A stretch of 64,000 nucleotides of DNA, from contig JAVHQC010000008.1 of NCBI GenBank assembly GCA_036170915.1, forward strand, positions 25,465 to 89,464, given 5' to 3'. The notes beneath the pieces were generated by a model. It had not been told where the DNA came from. It ran no database searches and was given only the letters and a program-made list of their open reading frames with translations. The DNA comes from Cyanobacteria bacterium auto_48_18 (GTDB taxonomy: Bacteria; Cyanobacteriota; Vampirovibrionia; Obscuribacterales; Obscuribacteraceae). The stretch's first letter is position 1; every line of letters begins with the position of its first letter. This document shows positions 1 through 9,112 of the stretch, piece after piece. The translations under genes and the position numbers were made by a program.

Positions 1-1
1 T

Positions 2-1105
2 ACCGTATATCAGCGGGTAAAAGAGAAATTGCAACGCGAGGCAGTGGAAGATTTCCGCATTGATTTTGAGGATGGCTACGGAAACAGGCCTGACGCAGAA
101 GAAGATGGTCACGCCGAAGCTGCCGCTCGCGAAGTAGCAAAAGGCATGCGTGATAAGCTCTTGCCCCCATTTATCGGCATCCGCATCAAGCCTTTTAATG
201 AAGAGTTGAAACTGCGCAGCGCCCGTACGCTCGATATTTTCATCACTACTCTGGTGGAAGAAACCGGCGGCCAGTTGCCCGACAATTTTGTCGTTACCTT
301 GCCGAAAGTGACTATTCCAGAGCAAGTAACTGCTTTAGTGGAACTGTTCAAGCTTTTGGAAAGCAAGACAGCGTTGCGCCCCGGCAGCTTAAAAATGGAA
401 ATTATGATTGAGCAAACTCAAGCTTTGTTCAATAGGAAAGGTGAGTGTAACTTGCCTTTGTTGGCTGAGGCTGCCGACGGACGTTGTGTTGCCGCCCACT
501 TCGGTACATACGATTACACTGCCTCCTGCAACATAACGGCTTCCCAACAGCGCATGGACCATCCATCATGCGACTTTGCTCTGCACATGATGAAAGTCAC
601 TTTCGCCGGCACAGGTATCTGGCTTTCTGATGGTGCCACCAACGTAATGCCGGTTGGCCCTCACCGCGCCGAAAAAGGCGGTCAATTGACAGATTTGCAG
701 AAAGCGGAGAATCAAGAAGTGGTACACAGGGCCTGGAAATTGGCCTACGATCACACTCGCCATTCATTGGTTCAAGCTTATTATCAAGGTTGGGATCTTC
801 ACCCAGCTCAGCTGCCCGTGCGTTACGCCGCCTGTTATGCTTTCTTCCTCGAAGGTCTTGATGCCGCTTCTCTGCGTCTCAAATCATTCATGGAAAAGGC
901 TGCTCAGGCTACTCTTGTGGGAGACGTCTTTGATGATGCCGCCACAGGCCAGGGCTTACTTAACTATTTCTTGCGTGCCATCAACTGTGGTGCCATCACT
1001 CTCGATGAAATTGCCGCCACCGGCTTGACACTGGAAGAAATTCAGACCAGATCGTTCCTGAAAATTCTCGCTGGCCGAACGAAGCAAGTGCAAACAGCTA
1101 AGTAG
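2..1105 (+). CDS. HpcH/HpaI aldolase/citrate-lyase-like TIM-barrel protein (DUF6986-like), 5' end outside the window
   Basis: Frame is open from base 2 (TVYQRVKEKLQRE...). Motifs EDFRIDFEDGYG, VTLPKV, HFGTYDY, LSDGATN and YQGWDLHPAQL. Confidence 0.75.
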   Translation, partial: TVYQRVKEKLQREAVEDFRIDFEDGYGNRPDAEEDGHAEAAAREVAKGMRDKLLPPFIGIRIKPFNEELKLRSARTLDIFITTLVEETGGQLPDNFVVTLPKVTIPEQVTALVELFKLLESKTALRPGSLKMEIMIEQTQALFNRKGECNLPLLAEAADGRCVAAHFGTYDYTASCNITASQQRMDHPSCDFALHMMKVTFAGTGIWLSDGATNVMPVGPHRAEKGGQLTDLQKAENQEVVHRAWKLAYDHTRHSLVQAYYQGWDLHPAQLPVRYAACYAFFLEGLDAASLRLKSFMEKAAQATLVGDVFDDAATGQGLLNYFLRAINCGAITLDEIAATGLTLEEIQTRSFLKILAGRTKQVQTAK

Positions 1106-1250
1106 AGAGCGCGAAAGCTGTTAATCAAGCTTGAGATGGTGTGGCTATATAATTATGTACGGCCTTGCTGCTGGCATTGTTACGATTGTGACCACCGGTC
1201 AAAACATTTCATTTGCCCATCGTCAGTTTGTCTGTTACGGTAGGAAAACT

Positions 1251-1310
1251 ATGACAGCCAAAAACGCCTACAGCTATTACTACTATACCTACTCCCTCGG
1301 GGTCGGCTAG
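1251..1310 (+). CDS. Tyr-rich attenuator leader peptide MTAKNAYSYYYYTYSLGVG (19 aa; not in the ORF track)
   Basis: AGGA RBS at 1242-1245, ATG at 1251, TAG ending 1310. Six Tyr codons within eight positions (TAC AGC TAT TAC TAC TAT ACC TAC). An intrinsic terminator follows before the next gene. Confidence 0.85.
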   Translation: MTAKNAYSYYYYTYSLGVG

Positions 1311-1344
1311 CTGGCGTTGTCATAAAAGTCTAGAACTTATGAAC

Positions 1345-1385
1345 AAAAGCCTTCTCGTCGATCGAGAGGGCTTTTTCTTTGCTTT
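1345..1385 (+). terminator. Intrinsic terminator (attenuator) between the leader peptide and the di-iron enzyme gene
   Basis: AAAAGCCTTCTCG (1345-1357), loop TCGAT, CGAGAGGGCTTTT (1363-1375; one G-U), then TCTTTGCTTT. Ends about 25 nt before ATG 1411. Confidence 0.85.
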
Positions 1386-1410
1386 GAAAATCTAAAAAGG
1401 ATAAATAATC

Positions 1411-2307
1411 ATGCTTCAAGAAGTACAAAACACTCGACTGAATACATTTAAAAACAGAGTTGACGAGCTCATTGGCACCCATCCGATCGTCACTTCAAAC
1501 GGCTTCACCAGCTGGTTTAGTCAGGGCTGCGCAAGCCCAGAACAACTGCGTGCATTCACTGTACAGTTCTCAGTTTTCAGCCATCTGTTTATTGAAGCGC
1601 AGCTGCGCAAATGCATCAACGCCTCTGACCTGGCCAGCTACAGAGCAGGCAAAGAAATTTTGATGAACGAGCTTGGTGTCATGTTCACCAAAGATGGCTC
1701 CATCGATAACGGACGCTTTCGCTTCACCGCTGCACATTTCGAGTGGCTGGCTGATTTCGCCAGTCATTTAGGATTGACCTTTGGCCAAATAGGCAAGCGT
1801 AAACACGGCAGCCAGGCAACTTTAGCCTTCTGCGATGCGCTTATGACCTGGTACGGCTCAGATGACGAGTCTACCGCTGCTGGAGCTTCGCATGCCATAG
1901 AGCATTGGGCAGCGGCTGGATTTTGGAAAGAGCTAATTGCCGGATTGAAGATAATTAAAGCCAGTCAGATTGCCGATTTGCCGTTAGCTTTTTGGGTTTT
2001 TCATGATCAAATTGAAGATCAGCACGCTGCTCATACCGATGATGAATTAGCCAGCGCTTTTGCCAAATCTGATTTTGATGAAGAAGCATTTTTGCAAGGT
2101 GGTAAAGCAATGCTCGACGCGGTAGCGATTTTCTGGAATGGCCTCGATGCAGAGCGTCAAACGTTGGAGAATGAGTCGGTCCAGCCTGGTGCTACTAAGG
2201 CCGATGCTACTAAAACTGCTGAGCCAACGCACTGCAAATCTCACCCTCGCGACATCGGCACCGTTCAGCTAATTGAGGCGGGTCGCCCACTCAAACAAGC
2301 GGTCTAG
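1411..2307 (+). CDS. Heme-oxygenase-like (PqqC/TenA/CADD/UndA superfamily) putative di-iron oxidase
   Basis: AAGGA RBS. Helical protein with N-terminal HPI..N.F..WF and the ligand pattern NE..., AAHFEW, AIEHW, FWVFHDQIEDQHAAH. C-terminal FWNGL followed by a low-complexity tail. Confidence 0.75.
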   Translation: MLQEVQNTRLNTFKNRVDELIGTHPIVTSNGFTSWFSQGCASPEQLRAFTVQFSVFSHLFIEAQLRKCINASDLASYRAGKEILMNELGVMFTKDGSIDNGRFRFTAAHFEWLADFASHLGLTFGQIGKRKHGSQATLAFCDALMTWYGSDDESTAAGASHAIEHWAAAGFWKELIAGLKIIKASQIADLPLAFWVFHDQIEDQHAAHTDDELASAFAKSDFDEEAFLQGGKAMLDAVAIFWNGLDAERQTLENESVQPGATKADATKTAEPTHCKSHPRDIGTVQLIEAGRPLKQAV

Positions 2308-2380
2308 CTTGCTTAAGGCAGCAATTCTAATGATCCGATATACTCAGCGCCTCTATTTATATGCCGGAGAACAATCAATT

Positions 2381-2845
2381 ATGAATTATCAGGCCGAAGG
2401 CTACCATTCCTTAACTCCATACATGACCATGCGCGACGCGGCCAAAGCAATTGAGTTTTATAAGAAAGTTTTGGGCGCCACTGAGCGAATGAGACTAGAT
2501 GGTCCCGATGGCACAATTGGGCATTGTGAATTGCAGATTGGCGATTCAATAATTATGCTTGGTGACGAGTGTCCCGAAGGCAAAAGCCCCCACACTTTAG
2601 GTGGAAGCCCCGTTGGCCTTTTGCTGTACGTTCCGAATGTGGACACCACAATTAAAGCTGCAATGGACAATGGCGCTACATTGCAAAAAGCTGCTCAAGA
2701 TCAGTTCTATGGCGATCGTTCCGGCAGTGTTATAGATCCTTTCGGTCACGTCTGGCATTTTGCTACTCATATAGAAGATGTTACTCCGGAAGAAATGCAA
2801 AAACGTGCTGCCGAAATGGCCAAACAGCACGCTGTAGCTAAGTAA
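2381..2845 (+). CDS. VOC/glyoxalase family protein (PhnB-like)
   Basis: GYHSLTPY, AIEFYKKV, HCELQIGDS, DQFYGDRSG.V.DPFGHVW. Start moved to ATG 2381 after a GGAGA RBS. Confidence 0.9.
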   Translation: MNYQAEGYHSLTPYMTMRDAAKAIEFYKKVLGATERMRLDGPDGTIGHCELQIGDSIIMLGDECPEGKSPHTLGGSPVGLLLYVPNVDTTIKAAMDNGATLQKAAQDQFYGDRSGSVIDPFGHVWHFATHIEDVTPEEMQKRAAEMAKQHAVAK

Positions 2846-2874
2846 CGGGGCATTTTGAATTCGGTTAGTTAGAT

Positions 2875-2914
2875 AAATTGATCCATCAACCGTTAACGGT
2901 TGATGGATCAATTT
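2875..2914. repeat. Dispersed palindrome family copy, perfect 40-bp palindrome
   Basis: AAATTGATCCATCAACCGTT|AACGGTTGATGGATCAATTT, about 30 bp after the VOC stop codon. Confidence 0.95.
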
Positions 2915-2955
2915 GCATGCCGGCGAGTGTGACTTTTGCAGTTTAGTCAGTACAA

Positions 2956-2983
2956 GATCATCAACCGTTAACGGTTGATGATC
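2956..2983. repeat. Dispersed palindrome family copy, perfect 28-bp palindrome
   Basis: GATCATCAACCGTT|AACGGTTGATGATC. Confidence 0.95.
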
Positions 2984-3236
2984 AACACGAGCAAAGTCGA
3001 AGACATTAGAAATGCCCGAAATCGTTGCCCTGTAATAATTTGCGTAATTTCATCGCGACCTAGCCACTCTGTAGCATCGGCAAAATTGCCGCTACAAAGT
3101 AGTCGCTTGACATGCGCAGCAGCAAAGCACGAGCAAACGAGTAAAACAATGCAAAACGAAGTTAGCAAATTTTACCCGCAGGAACAGTTGCTGTTTACGC
3201 CGTCAGTTAAATTGAAATTTCTACAAAATAAATCTG

Positions 3237-3434
3237 TTATGCAGCCGAGCGTTTTCTCATGATTTTGTATGTTTCATACACTGCGCCTAATCCAACAAGT
3301 GCATAAACCACGCGGGTGGCAGTGCCGTCACCAAGCATTGTCGTGACGAAATTATAGTTGAAAGCGCCTACGAGACCCCAGTTGATGCCACCGATCAGAA
3401 CTAACAGAAATAAAATAAACTCCAAATTCTTCAT
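3237..3434 (-). CDS. DUF378 family small membrane protein
   Basis: LVLIGGINWGLVG.F..N.V and RVVYALVGL. ATG 3434 follows an AGGTG RBS. Confidence 0.9.
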   Translation of the reverse strand: MKNLEFILFLLVLIGGINWGLVGAFNYNFVTTMLGDGTATRVVYALVGLGAVYETYKIMRKRSAA

Positions 3435-3713
3435 AGTATTTTTCACCTGGCAATCACATCTTTAAAACCTGCAGACACTCTCTGCAAATTGACATGAGTG
3501 CTTACTTACCATTCTAGTACGTGGAAGGGTAGGAAGTCAAGAGGTGAGATTGCTTGAATCCCTCTGGGCAATGGCTTCTTCTTGAAGGTATAGTTTTCAA
3601 AGTAATGTAGAATGGCTTAAACAGCGAGTCTTGGCGGCGTGCTTGAGCTAGAAGATTTAGAGCTGATAGGAGCGGGCGGGCTGCGGCTTTAGGGATCCCG
3701 CGACGATTTACTA

Positions 3714-6278
3714 GTGAGTTCAACCATGAAATCTGGAGCAAAAGATCATTCGCCGCGAGCCGTCACCAATGACACCAGTCAGTTCGTCCTTGTACGTGGT
3801 GCGCGTGAGAATAATCTGAAAAATATTGATGTTGATATTCCGCGAGATGCCCTCGTAGTCTTTACTGGTGTGTCCGGTTCAGGCAAGTCGTCACTGGCTT
3901 TCGGCACACTTTATGCAGAAGCGCAGCGTCGATATCTAGAGTCTGTTTCACCTTATGCCAGGCGTCTTTTTCATCAGATGAGCGTGCCTGAAGTAGACAA
4001 AATTGATGGTCTGCCACCAGCGGTGGCGCTGCAACAACAGCGTGGCACGCCCACTACCAGGTCATCTGTCGGTAGTGTCACTACTCTTTCAAATTTGCTG
4101 CGCATGCTTTATTCACGAGCAGGAACCTATCCGGCCAACCAACCACATCTGGATGCCGAGGCATTTTCCACTAACACTCCATCTGGTGCGTGTGCTGAAT
4201 GCCATGGCCTCGGCCGCATCTATACGGTTACTGAGCAGTCCATGGTGCCTGACGACACCCTTACCATTCGCGAGCGCGCCATCGCCGCATGGCCACCAGC
4301 CTGGCACGGTCAAAATTTACGCGACATGCTTGTCACTCTCGGGTACGACATCGACAAACCCTGGAACAAAATGTCGAAAAAAGATCGCGACTGGATTTTA
4401 TTCACTGACGATCAGCCTGTAGTGCCCGTGTATGCCGGTTTTGAAGCGCACGAGGTTAAGGCGGCGCTGAAGCGCAAAGAGCCACCAAGCTATCACGGCA
4501 ATTTTTCCAGCGCTCGCAGACATGTGCTCTACAATTTCGCCAATACACAGAGTGCACTGATGAAAAAGCGCGTCTCTAAATATATGGTCAGCGCCGATTG
4601 CCCCAGCTGCCAGGGTAAAAGGTTGCGTAAAGAGTCACTATCAGTCACTTTCGCTGGCCTAGACATTGCTGACATTACTGATCTTCCCATGATTAAAATG
4701 CAAGCTTTGCTTGAGCCTTACGTTTCAGGCAAGGCACCAGCTCTGGCTAAAATCTCAAAAGACCATCCGGAAAAAGCAGTGGTGGCGCAGCGTATCGCTC
4801 AAGATTTAAGTGATCGCATTTCGGTTTTGCTTAATTTAGGTCTTGGATATTTGGCGCTTAGCCGCGGCACCCCCACTCTTTCACCTGGTGAACTGCAGCG
4901 CTTGAGACTGGCTACTCAAGTGCGTTCTAATTTATTCGGCGTGGTTTATGTATTGGATGAACCGTCAGCCGGATTGCATCCTGCCGACACAGAGGCACTA
5001 CTTGCGGCGCTGGCAGATTTAAAAAGTTCCGGAAATTCACTTTTTGTGGTTGAACATGATCTCGACGTCATCAGACATGCTGACTGGATTGTAGACGTCG
5101 GACCTGCTGCTGGAGAGCACGGCGGACAAATTTTATATAGCGGGCCATCAGCCGGACTGGCAGAAATTTCAGACTCACGCACAAGGCAATATTTGTTTGC
5201 TTCTCCCTGGGTGCCAGAACGCCAGGCGCGCAAACCAGCAGGATGGCTGAAACTAGCCGGTGTAACCCGCAATAATTTAAATCAACTTGATATTGCTTTT
5301 CCTGTCAGCGCTTTTACAACGGTCACTGGCGTATCCGGTTCGGGTAAATCCAGTCTGGTCAGCCAGGCATTAGTGGAGCTTGTTGCTGAGCGCCTGGGAC
5401 ATCAATTACCTGTGGGCGAAGATGAAGGCGAGATGCTGGAGCGTGTAGAAATGGCGCGTACCGGTGGCCATATTGACGGTACTATGGATGGTATCAAGCG
5501 CCTGGTGGTTGTCGACCAAAAAGCTATTGGCCGCACTCCTCGATCAAATCTTGCTACATATACTGGTCTATTTGATCACGTTCGCAAATTGTTTGCCAAC
5601 ACTAAAGCCGCCAAAGCCCGTCATTACGATGCCGGACGCTTCTCCTTCAATGTTTCTAAAGGCCGTTGCGAAACTTGCGAAGGCGAGGGTTTCGTCATGG
5701 TCGAATTGCTTTTTTTGCCTAGCGTCTACGCTCCATGTCCGACCTGTCATGGAGCCAGATACAATGCCAAAACTTTAGACATCAAATATCGAGATAAAAA
5801 TATTGCCGAAGTGCTGGCTATGACTGTTGATGCCGCCTGGGAATTTTTCCAGGATGAGCCAACTATAAGACGCTCATTCCATGTTTTGCGTGAAGTAGGG
5901 CTTGGCTATTTGCGCCTTGGTCAGCCTGCTACCGAATTGTCTGGTGGTGAAGCTCAGCGCATAAAATTGGCCACAGAATTGCAGCGAATGCAGAAAGGAG
6001 ACACGCTCTATGTGCTCGATGAGCCCACCACGGGCCTTCACCCATCTGATGTGGAAAAGCTGTTGAAGCAGTTAGACGGTCTGGTTGATTCTGGTAATAC
6101 TGTGGTTGTAGTCGAGCATGAAATGCGCGTGGTGGCAGGAAGTGATTGGGTGATTGATATCGGCCCTGGTGCCGGAGATCAAGGCGGCAAAGTTGTGGTT
6201 GCCGGGCCACCGAATCTGGTGGCGGCCGCAAAGAGTAGTCGCACTGCACCTTATTTAAAACGTTTTCTGGCTCAATAA
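3714..6278 (+). CDS. uvrA: UvrA-family ABC ATPase, short class II (UvrA2/DrrC-like)
   Basis: GARENNLKN, two [11 protein letters not shown]alker A motifs, signatures LSPGE and [12 protein letters not shown] Walker B motifs and CxxC zinc fingers. At 854 aa it appears to lack the UvrB-binding insert. The start may be ATG 3726. Confidence 0.9.
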   Translation: MSSTMKSGAKDHSPRAVTNDTSQFVLVRGARENNLKNIDVDIPRDALVVFTGVSGSGKSSLAFGTLYAEAQRRYLESVSPYARRLFHQMSVPEVDKIDGLPPAVALQQQRGTPTTRSSVGSVTTLSNLLRMLYSRAGTYPANQPHLDAEAFSTNTPSGACAECHGLGRIYTVTEQSMVPDDTLTIRERAIAAWPPAWHGQNLRDMLVTLGYDIDKPWNKMSKKDRDWILFTDDQPVVPVYAGFEAHEVKAALKRKEPPSYHGNFSSARRHVLYNFANTQSALMKKRVSKYMVSADCPSCQGKRLRKESLSVTFAGLDIADITDLPMIKMQALLEPYVSGKAPALAKISKDHPEKAVVAQRIAQDLSDRISVLLNLGLGYLALSRGTPTLSPGELQRLRLATQVRSNLFGVVYVLDEPSAGLHPADTEALLAALADLKSSGNSLFVVEHDLDVIRHADWIVDVGPAAGEHGGQILYSGPSAGLAEISDSRTRQYLFASPWVPERQARKPAGWLKLAGVTRNNLNQLDIAFPVSAFTTVTGVSGSGKSSLVSQALVELVAERLGHQLPVGEDEGEMLERVEMARTGGHIDGTMDGIKRLVVVDQKAIGRTPRSNLATYTGLFDHVRKLFANTKAAKARHYDAGRFSFNVSKGRCETCEGEGFVMVELLFLPSVYAPCPTCHGARYNAKTLDIKYRDKNIAEVLAMTVDAAWEFFQDEPTIRRSFHVLREVGLGYLRLGQPATELSGGEAQRIKLATELQRMQKGDTLYVLDEPTTGLHPSDVEKLLKQLDGLVDSGNTVVVVEHEMRVVAGSDWVIDIGPGAGDQGGKVVVAGPPNLVAAAKSSRTAPYLKRFLAQ

Positions 6279-6280
6279 AT

Positions 6281-6934
6281 TTATGGCATTAACGGTTCTT
6301 TTTTACCTAAATATTTAGGCTTGCGACCGTTCATAACATCAAACCAGGCCGCTTCAGCAGCCGCAATTTCGCGCAAGTCGTACCACGACTGAATAGCACC
6401 ATATGACTGAATGCCGGCGTCTACGCCTACTACGTCGAGTCCGATTTTTTCTGCCAGAAACATGGCACGGGGTAAATGGTAACGTTGCGTCACCAGCACG
6501 GCCTGATTTACGGCAAAGATTTCACGAGCTCGGTAAAGGCTATCGTACGTTCTGAATCCGGCATAGTCGCAAGTTATATCGGTAGCTGGCACTCCCAGCT
6601 TTATTGCTACTCTTTTCATTGCCTGGGGTTCATTGTAGGAGAGTTGACCGTTGTCTCCGGTCATCAATATCTTTTTCACTTTGCCCAATTTGTACAAAGT
6701 GACGGCCGTCTTTATGCGATCGTTGAATTCGCGTGAGCCGATACCGGCACCAAATACGATGGCAACTGCTGCCGGTGGGACATCTTCTGCCTTGCTATAA
6801 ATTTCATAGGGTCCATTTTCTACATCTAGATAGATAAGAAGCAACGACAGCAAAATCAGCGCCAACACAATCAGCGCTTGTCGCTGTCGAGAAATCTTGG
6901 TTATGGACCGGGCCAGGTCAGCGATTTTTGCCAT
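6281..6934 (-). CDS. SanA/YdcF (DUF218) family protein
   Basis: N-terminal TM helix. AIVFGAG, TGDNG..SYNEP..M, DYAGFRTYDSLYRA, VTQRYHLPRA and LRE. Confidence 0.9.
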   Translation of the reverse strand: MAKIADLARSITKISRQRQALIVLALILLSLLLIYLDVENGPYEIYSKAEDVPPAAVAIVFGAGIGSREFNDRIKTAVTLYKLGKVKKILMTGDNGQLSYNEPQAMKRVAIKLGVPATDITCDYAGFRTYDSLYRAREIFAVNQAVLVTQRYHLPRAMFLAEKIGLDVVGVDAGIQSYGAIQSWYDLREIAAAEAAWFDVMNGRKPKYLGKKEPLMP

Positions 6935-7360
6935 GGACGAACTTGCTACCTGTGATCTTCTTGCTACCTGTTACTGCAAGCATTTTGCCTATCTGGGGTC
7001 CACTCTGGTGTCGTGTCGGCCAGCCTGGAGGCATTGCTGATATTGACCCTGAGAGCACGATTGTACCACTAGATAAATTCTGCTTGACATCATGCCGTTT
7101 CATTGCTACATTCTGCTTTGAGGCAGTTTGCCTCCGGTATCCTTTTTACTAACCCAACTGAATAAATCTCGGTCATCTCTGGCGACTGCTTTGCATTAAT
7201 ATGCAATGGTACCGCCTGTAGTGCTCCGCCTGCTTGCCCCCCAGAGCAGGATACCTCGAGTATAGATTTACTTTGCTGTCAGGGCTGATACACCTGACCA
7301 TCAACCTTTCGGTTGGTGACTTTCTTTACTAATTAATTTTCCCACGAGGCATACCTCACC

Positions 7361-8212
7361 ATGCTAAGGATTCAAAACCCGATTTCTGACGGCTTGCGCT
7401 TAGGCGAACTTTTAATAGGCGCAGGTATTTTGACCCGTGAAGCTGTAGACGCCGCTCTCACTCTCTCTTGCGCTTCCAAGTTGCCCTTGGGTCGCGTGCT
7501 TGTCTCTACAGGCTATTTGAAAGATCTGCAAGTTGACAGATTTGTAGCCGTGCAGAGACGTGCCCGAGCCGGTGGCTTGTGTGTGGCCGACGCGCGTCGC
7601 ATAGTGCAAGAGCTGGCCTGGGGAGCAGAACATCTGCTGGTCGGCGAGCCGGAGAAAGTAGACGAGCCACATAGCATTCTCATTGCGCTTTTGGCGAAGG
7701 CCGGAGTATTGACCAAGAATGAGATTCCATATGTGGTGCGCTCAAGCATCGATGCTGACATGACTTGCGGGCGCATGTTGTTGATGCGCAGGCGCATTGC
7801 TCCGGCGTTTCATCGCCAGTGCATTGAGCTATTGGTGCGTTATCGCCAGGGACAATTATCGTTCGCCAAAGCCGCCGACGAGTGTCGCAGGCTTTACCAG
7901 GGTGGCGCCTATGTTGATGACAAAAACTCACCTGGTACTAGCGATGGCACGCGCAAGATGGGACAACTCATGGTCAACGCCGGTTTTATCGACGAAACTG
8001 AACTTTACGACGCTCTCGAAATTAGTTTGAGTATGAATAGAAAGTTGGGAGAAGTATTGGTGGAAGCCGGTTTTGTTATGCAAGAAGCGGTGGAGATTTG
8101 TGTGGCCATGGTTAAACGCATAGTTGTAGGCGAGGTAGCCGCCAACGATGCCGCTAACTATTTGCGCCAGCGCTTTGTTGCTCTGCCAAGACATTTTGGC
8201 GAAGTAGTCTAA
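7361..8212 (+). CDS. Stand-alone MshEN-repeat protein (putative c-di-GMP binder)
   Basis: Repeats RLGELLIGAGIL, PLGRVLVSTGYL, KMGQLMVNAGFI and KLGEVLVEAGFV resemble the MshEN motif RLGxxLxxxGxI. Confidence 0.7.
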   Translation: MLRIQNPISDGLRLGELLIGAGILTREAVDAALTLSCASKLPLGRVLVSTGYLKDLQVDRFVAVQRRARAGGLCVADARRIVQELAWGAEHLLVGEPEKVDEPHSILIALLAKAGVLTKNEIPYVVRSSIDADMTCGRMLLMRRRIAPAFHRQCIELLVRYRQGQLSFAKAADECRRLYQGGAYVDDKNSPGTSDGTRKMGQLMVNAGFIDETELYDALEISLSMNRKLGEVLVEAGFVMQEAVEICVAMVKRIVVGEVAANDAANYLRQRFVALPRHFGEVV

Positions 8213-8238
8213 CGAAGTAGTCTAACGAAGTAGTTTAA
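8200..8238 (+). repeat. 13-bp tandem repeat x3 covering the stop codon of the MshEN gene
   Basis: CGAAGTAGTCTAA CGAAGTAGTCTAA CGAAGTAGTTTAA, between convergent genes. Confidence 0.9.
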
Positions 8239-8241
8239 CGA

Positions 8242-8919
8242 TTAACGATGCTTCTTCTTGGCGTTGCCGCAGCAAGTTGATTTGAAAACTTTCTTTTTCA
8301 CTTTGCCGGCAGTGGCGGCGCCGGCGGTAGCTTTGATTGGTGCCACTGTCTTAGACGGCTGCCAGAGCCGGTTGGCGCGATATTTTTTTATCGTTTCGCT
8401 GGGCTCATCAAAAGGATATTCTTTCTCGAAAATAACATCGATGGCTTGCTGAATTTGCTTCATCGTTTTACCTTCGCGTTTCATTTTAAGCGCAATTAGC
8501 GCTTCTTCCTGGCAGATGTGACAGTCAACACCGTGGTCGGTAGTGAAGCAGTCAAGCAAACTGCTGTGTTCATCGGTTAAATCACAGCCGCAATAGCAAA
8601 AAAGCTGAGCGCAAATTTCAGGACAAAGTTTTGCTGCGGCATAACCGCTTTTGGCGTGACCAAAATATTTGTTCGGATCAAGTACGGGCTTCAACCCGCT
8701 AGCACTTGTTGTCGCCGGTGATTGCACTGGGGCGGTAATTCCTGAGGAATTTGGCGAATTTGGTGAATTTTCAGCTGCCATGCCTGGCACGGGCGACTGG
8801 TACATCGTTAACAGGGCGAATAATCCAAAGCTTAAAACTGCGCGCCGTCGCGGACCGAAAAAAATACCTTTAAAGGTATTTTTTCTAAAAATTATGCCAC
8901 TGCCACGGGCTGCCGACAT
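8242..8919 (-). CDS. PCYCGC-motif exported metal-binding protein
   Basis: Signal-like N-terminus. LFCYCGCD...HSSLLDCF...HG..CHIC. Confidence 0.8.
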   Translation of the reverse strand: MSAARGSGIIFRKNTFKGIFFGPRRRAVLSFGLFALLTMYQSPVPGMAAENSPNSPNSSGITAPVQSPATTSASGLKPVLDPNKYFGHAKSGYAAAKLCPEICAQLFCYCGCDLTDEHSSLLDCFTTDHGVDCHICQEEALIALKMKREGKTMKQIQQAIDVIFEKEYPFDEPSETIKKYRANRLWQPSKTVAPIKATAGAATAGKVKKKVFKSTCCGNAKKKHR

Positions 8920-9112
8920 TGTTTAACTGGGCCTCAGAAACCACTTCAAACTGAGAGGTGCGTAATAAAGTATAGATAATGCCGCCGAATATTGCTGCAA
9001 TGTTGCGTTCTTCCCTCTATCAGACGCCCTTTTGCCTGTTTTTCAAGAGGATTTGTTATGATCAGCCTTCAGCTATTCAAATGTAAGAAGAAACGCAAGA
9101 GAGTGTCAGCTT

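Noticed and set aside
1251..1310. Leader as a PqqA precursor with the downstream gene as pqqC
   Set aside because: No ExxxY motif (no Glu at all), no pqqB/D/E nearby, and an intervening terminator favours attenuation.
2875..2983. Paired palindromes as a mini CRISPR array
   Set aside because: Only two non-identical units, loopless perfect palindromes, no cas genes, and the same motif is dispersed singly elsewhere.
2968..3262. ORFs 2975-3262 (+) and 2968-3168 (-)
   Set aside because: No recognisable motifs or RBS, and both have an end inside the palindrome; probably spurious.
7200..7300. Fluoride riboswitch (GCTGATACACCTGAC resembles its 3' end)
   Set aside because: The 5' conserved segment and spacing do not fit, and there is no fluoride-related gene downstream.
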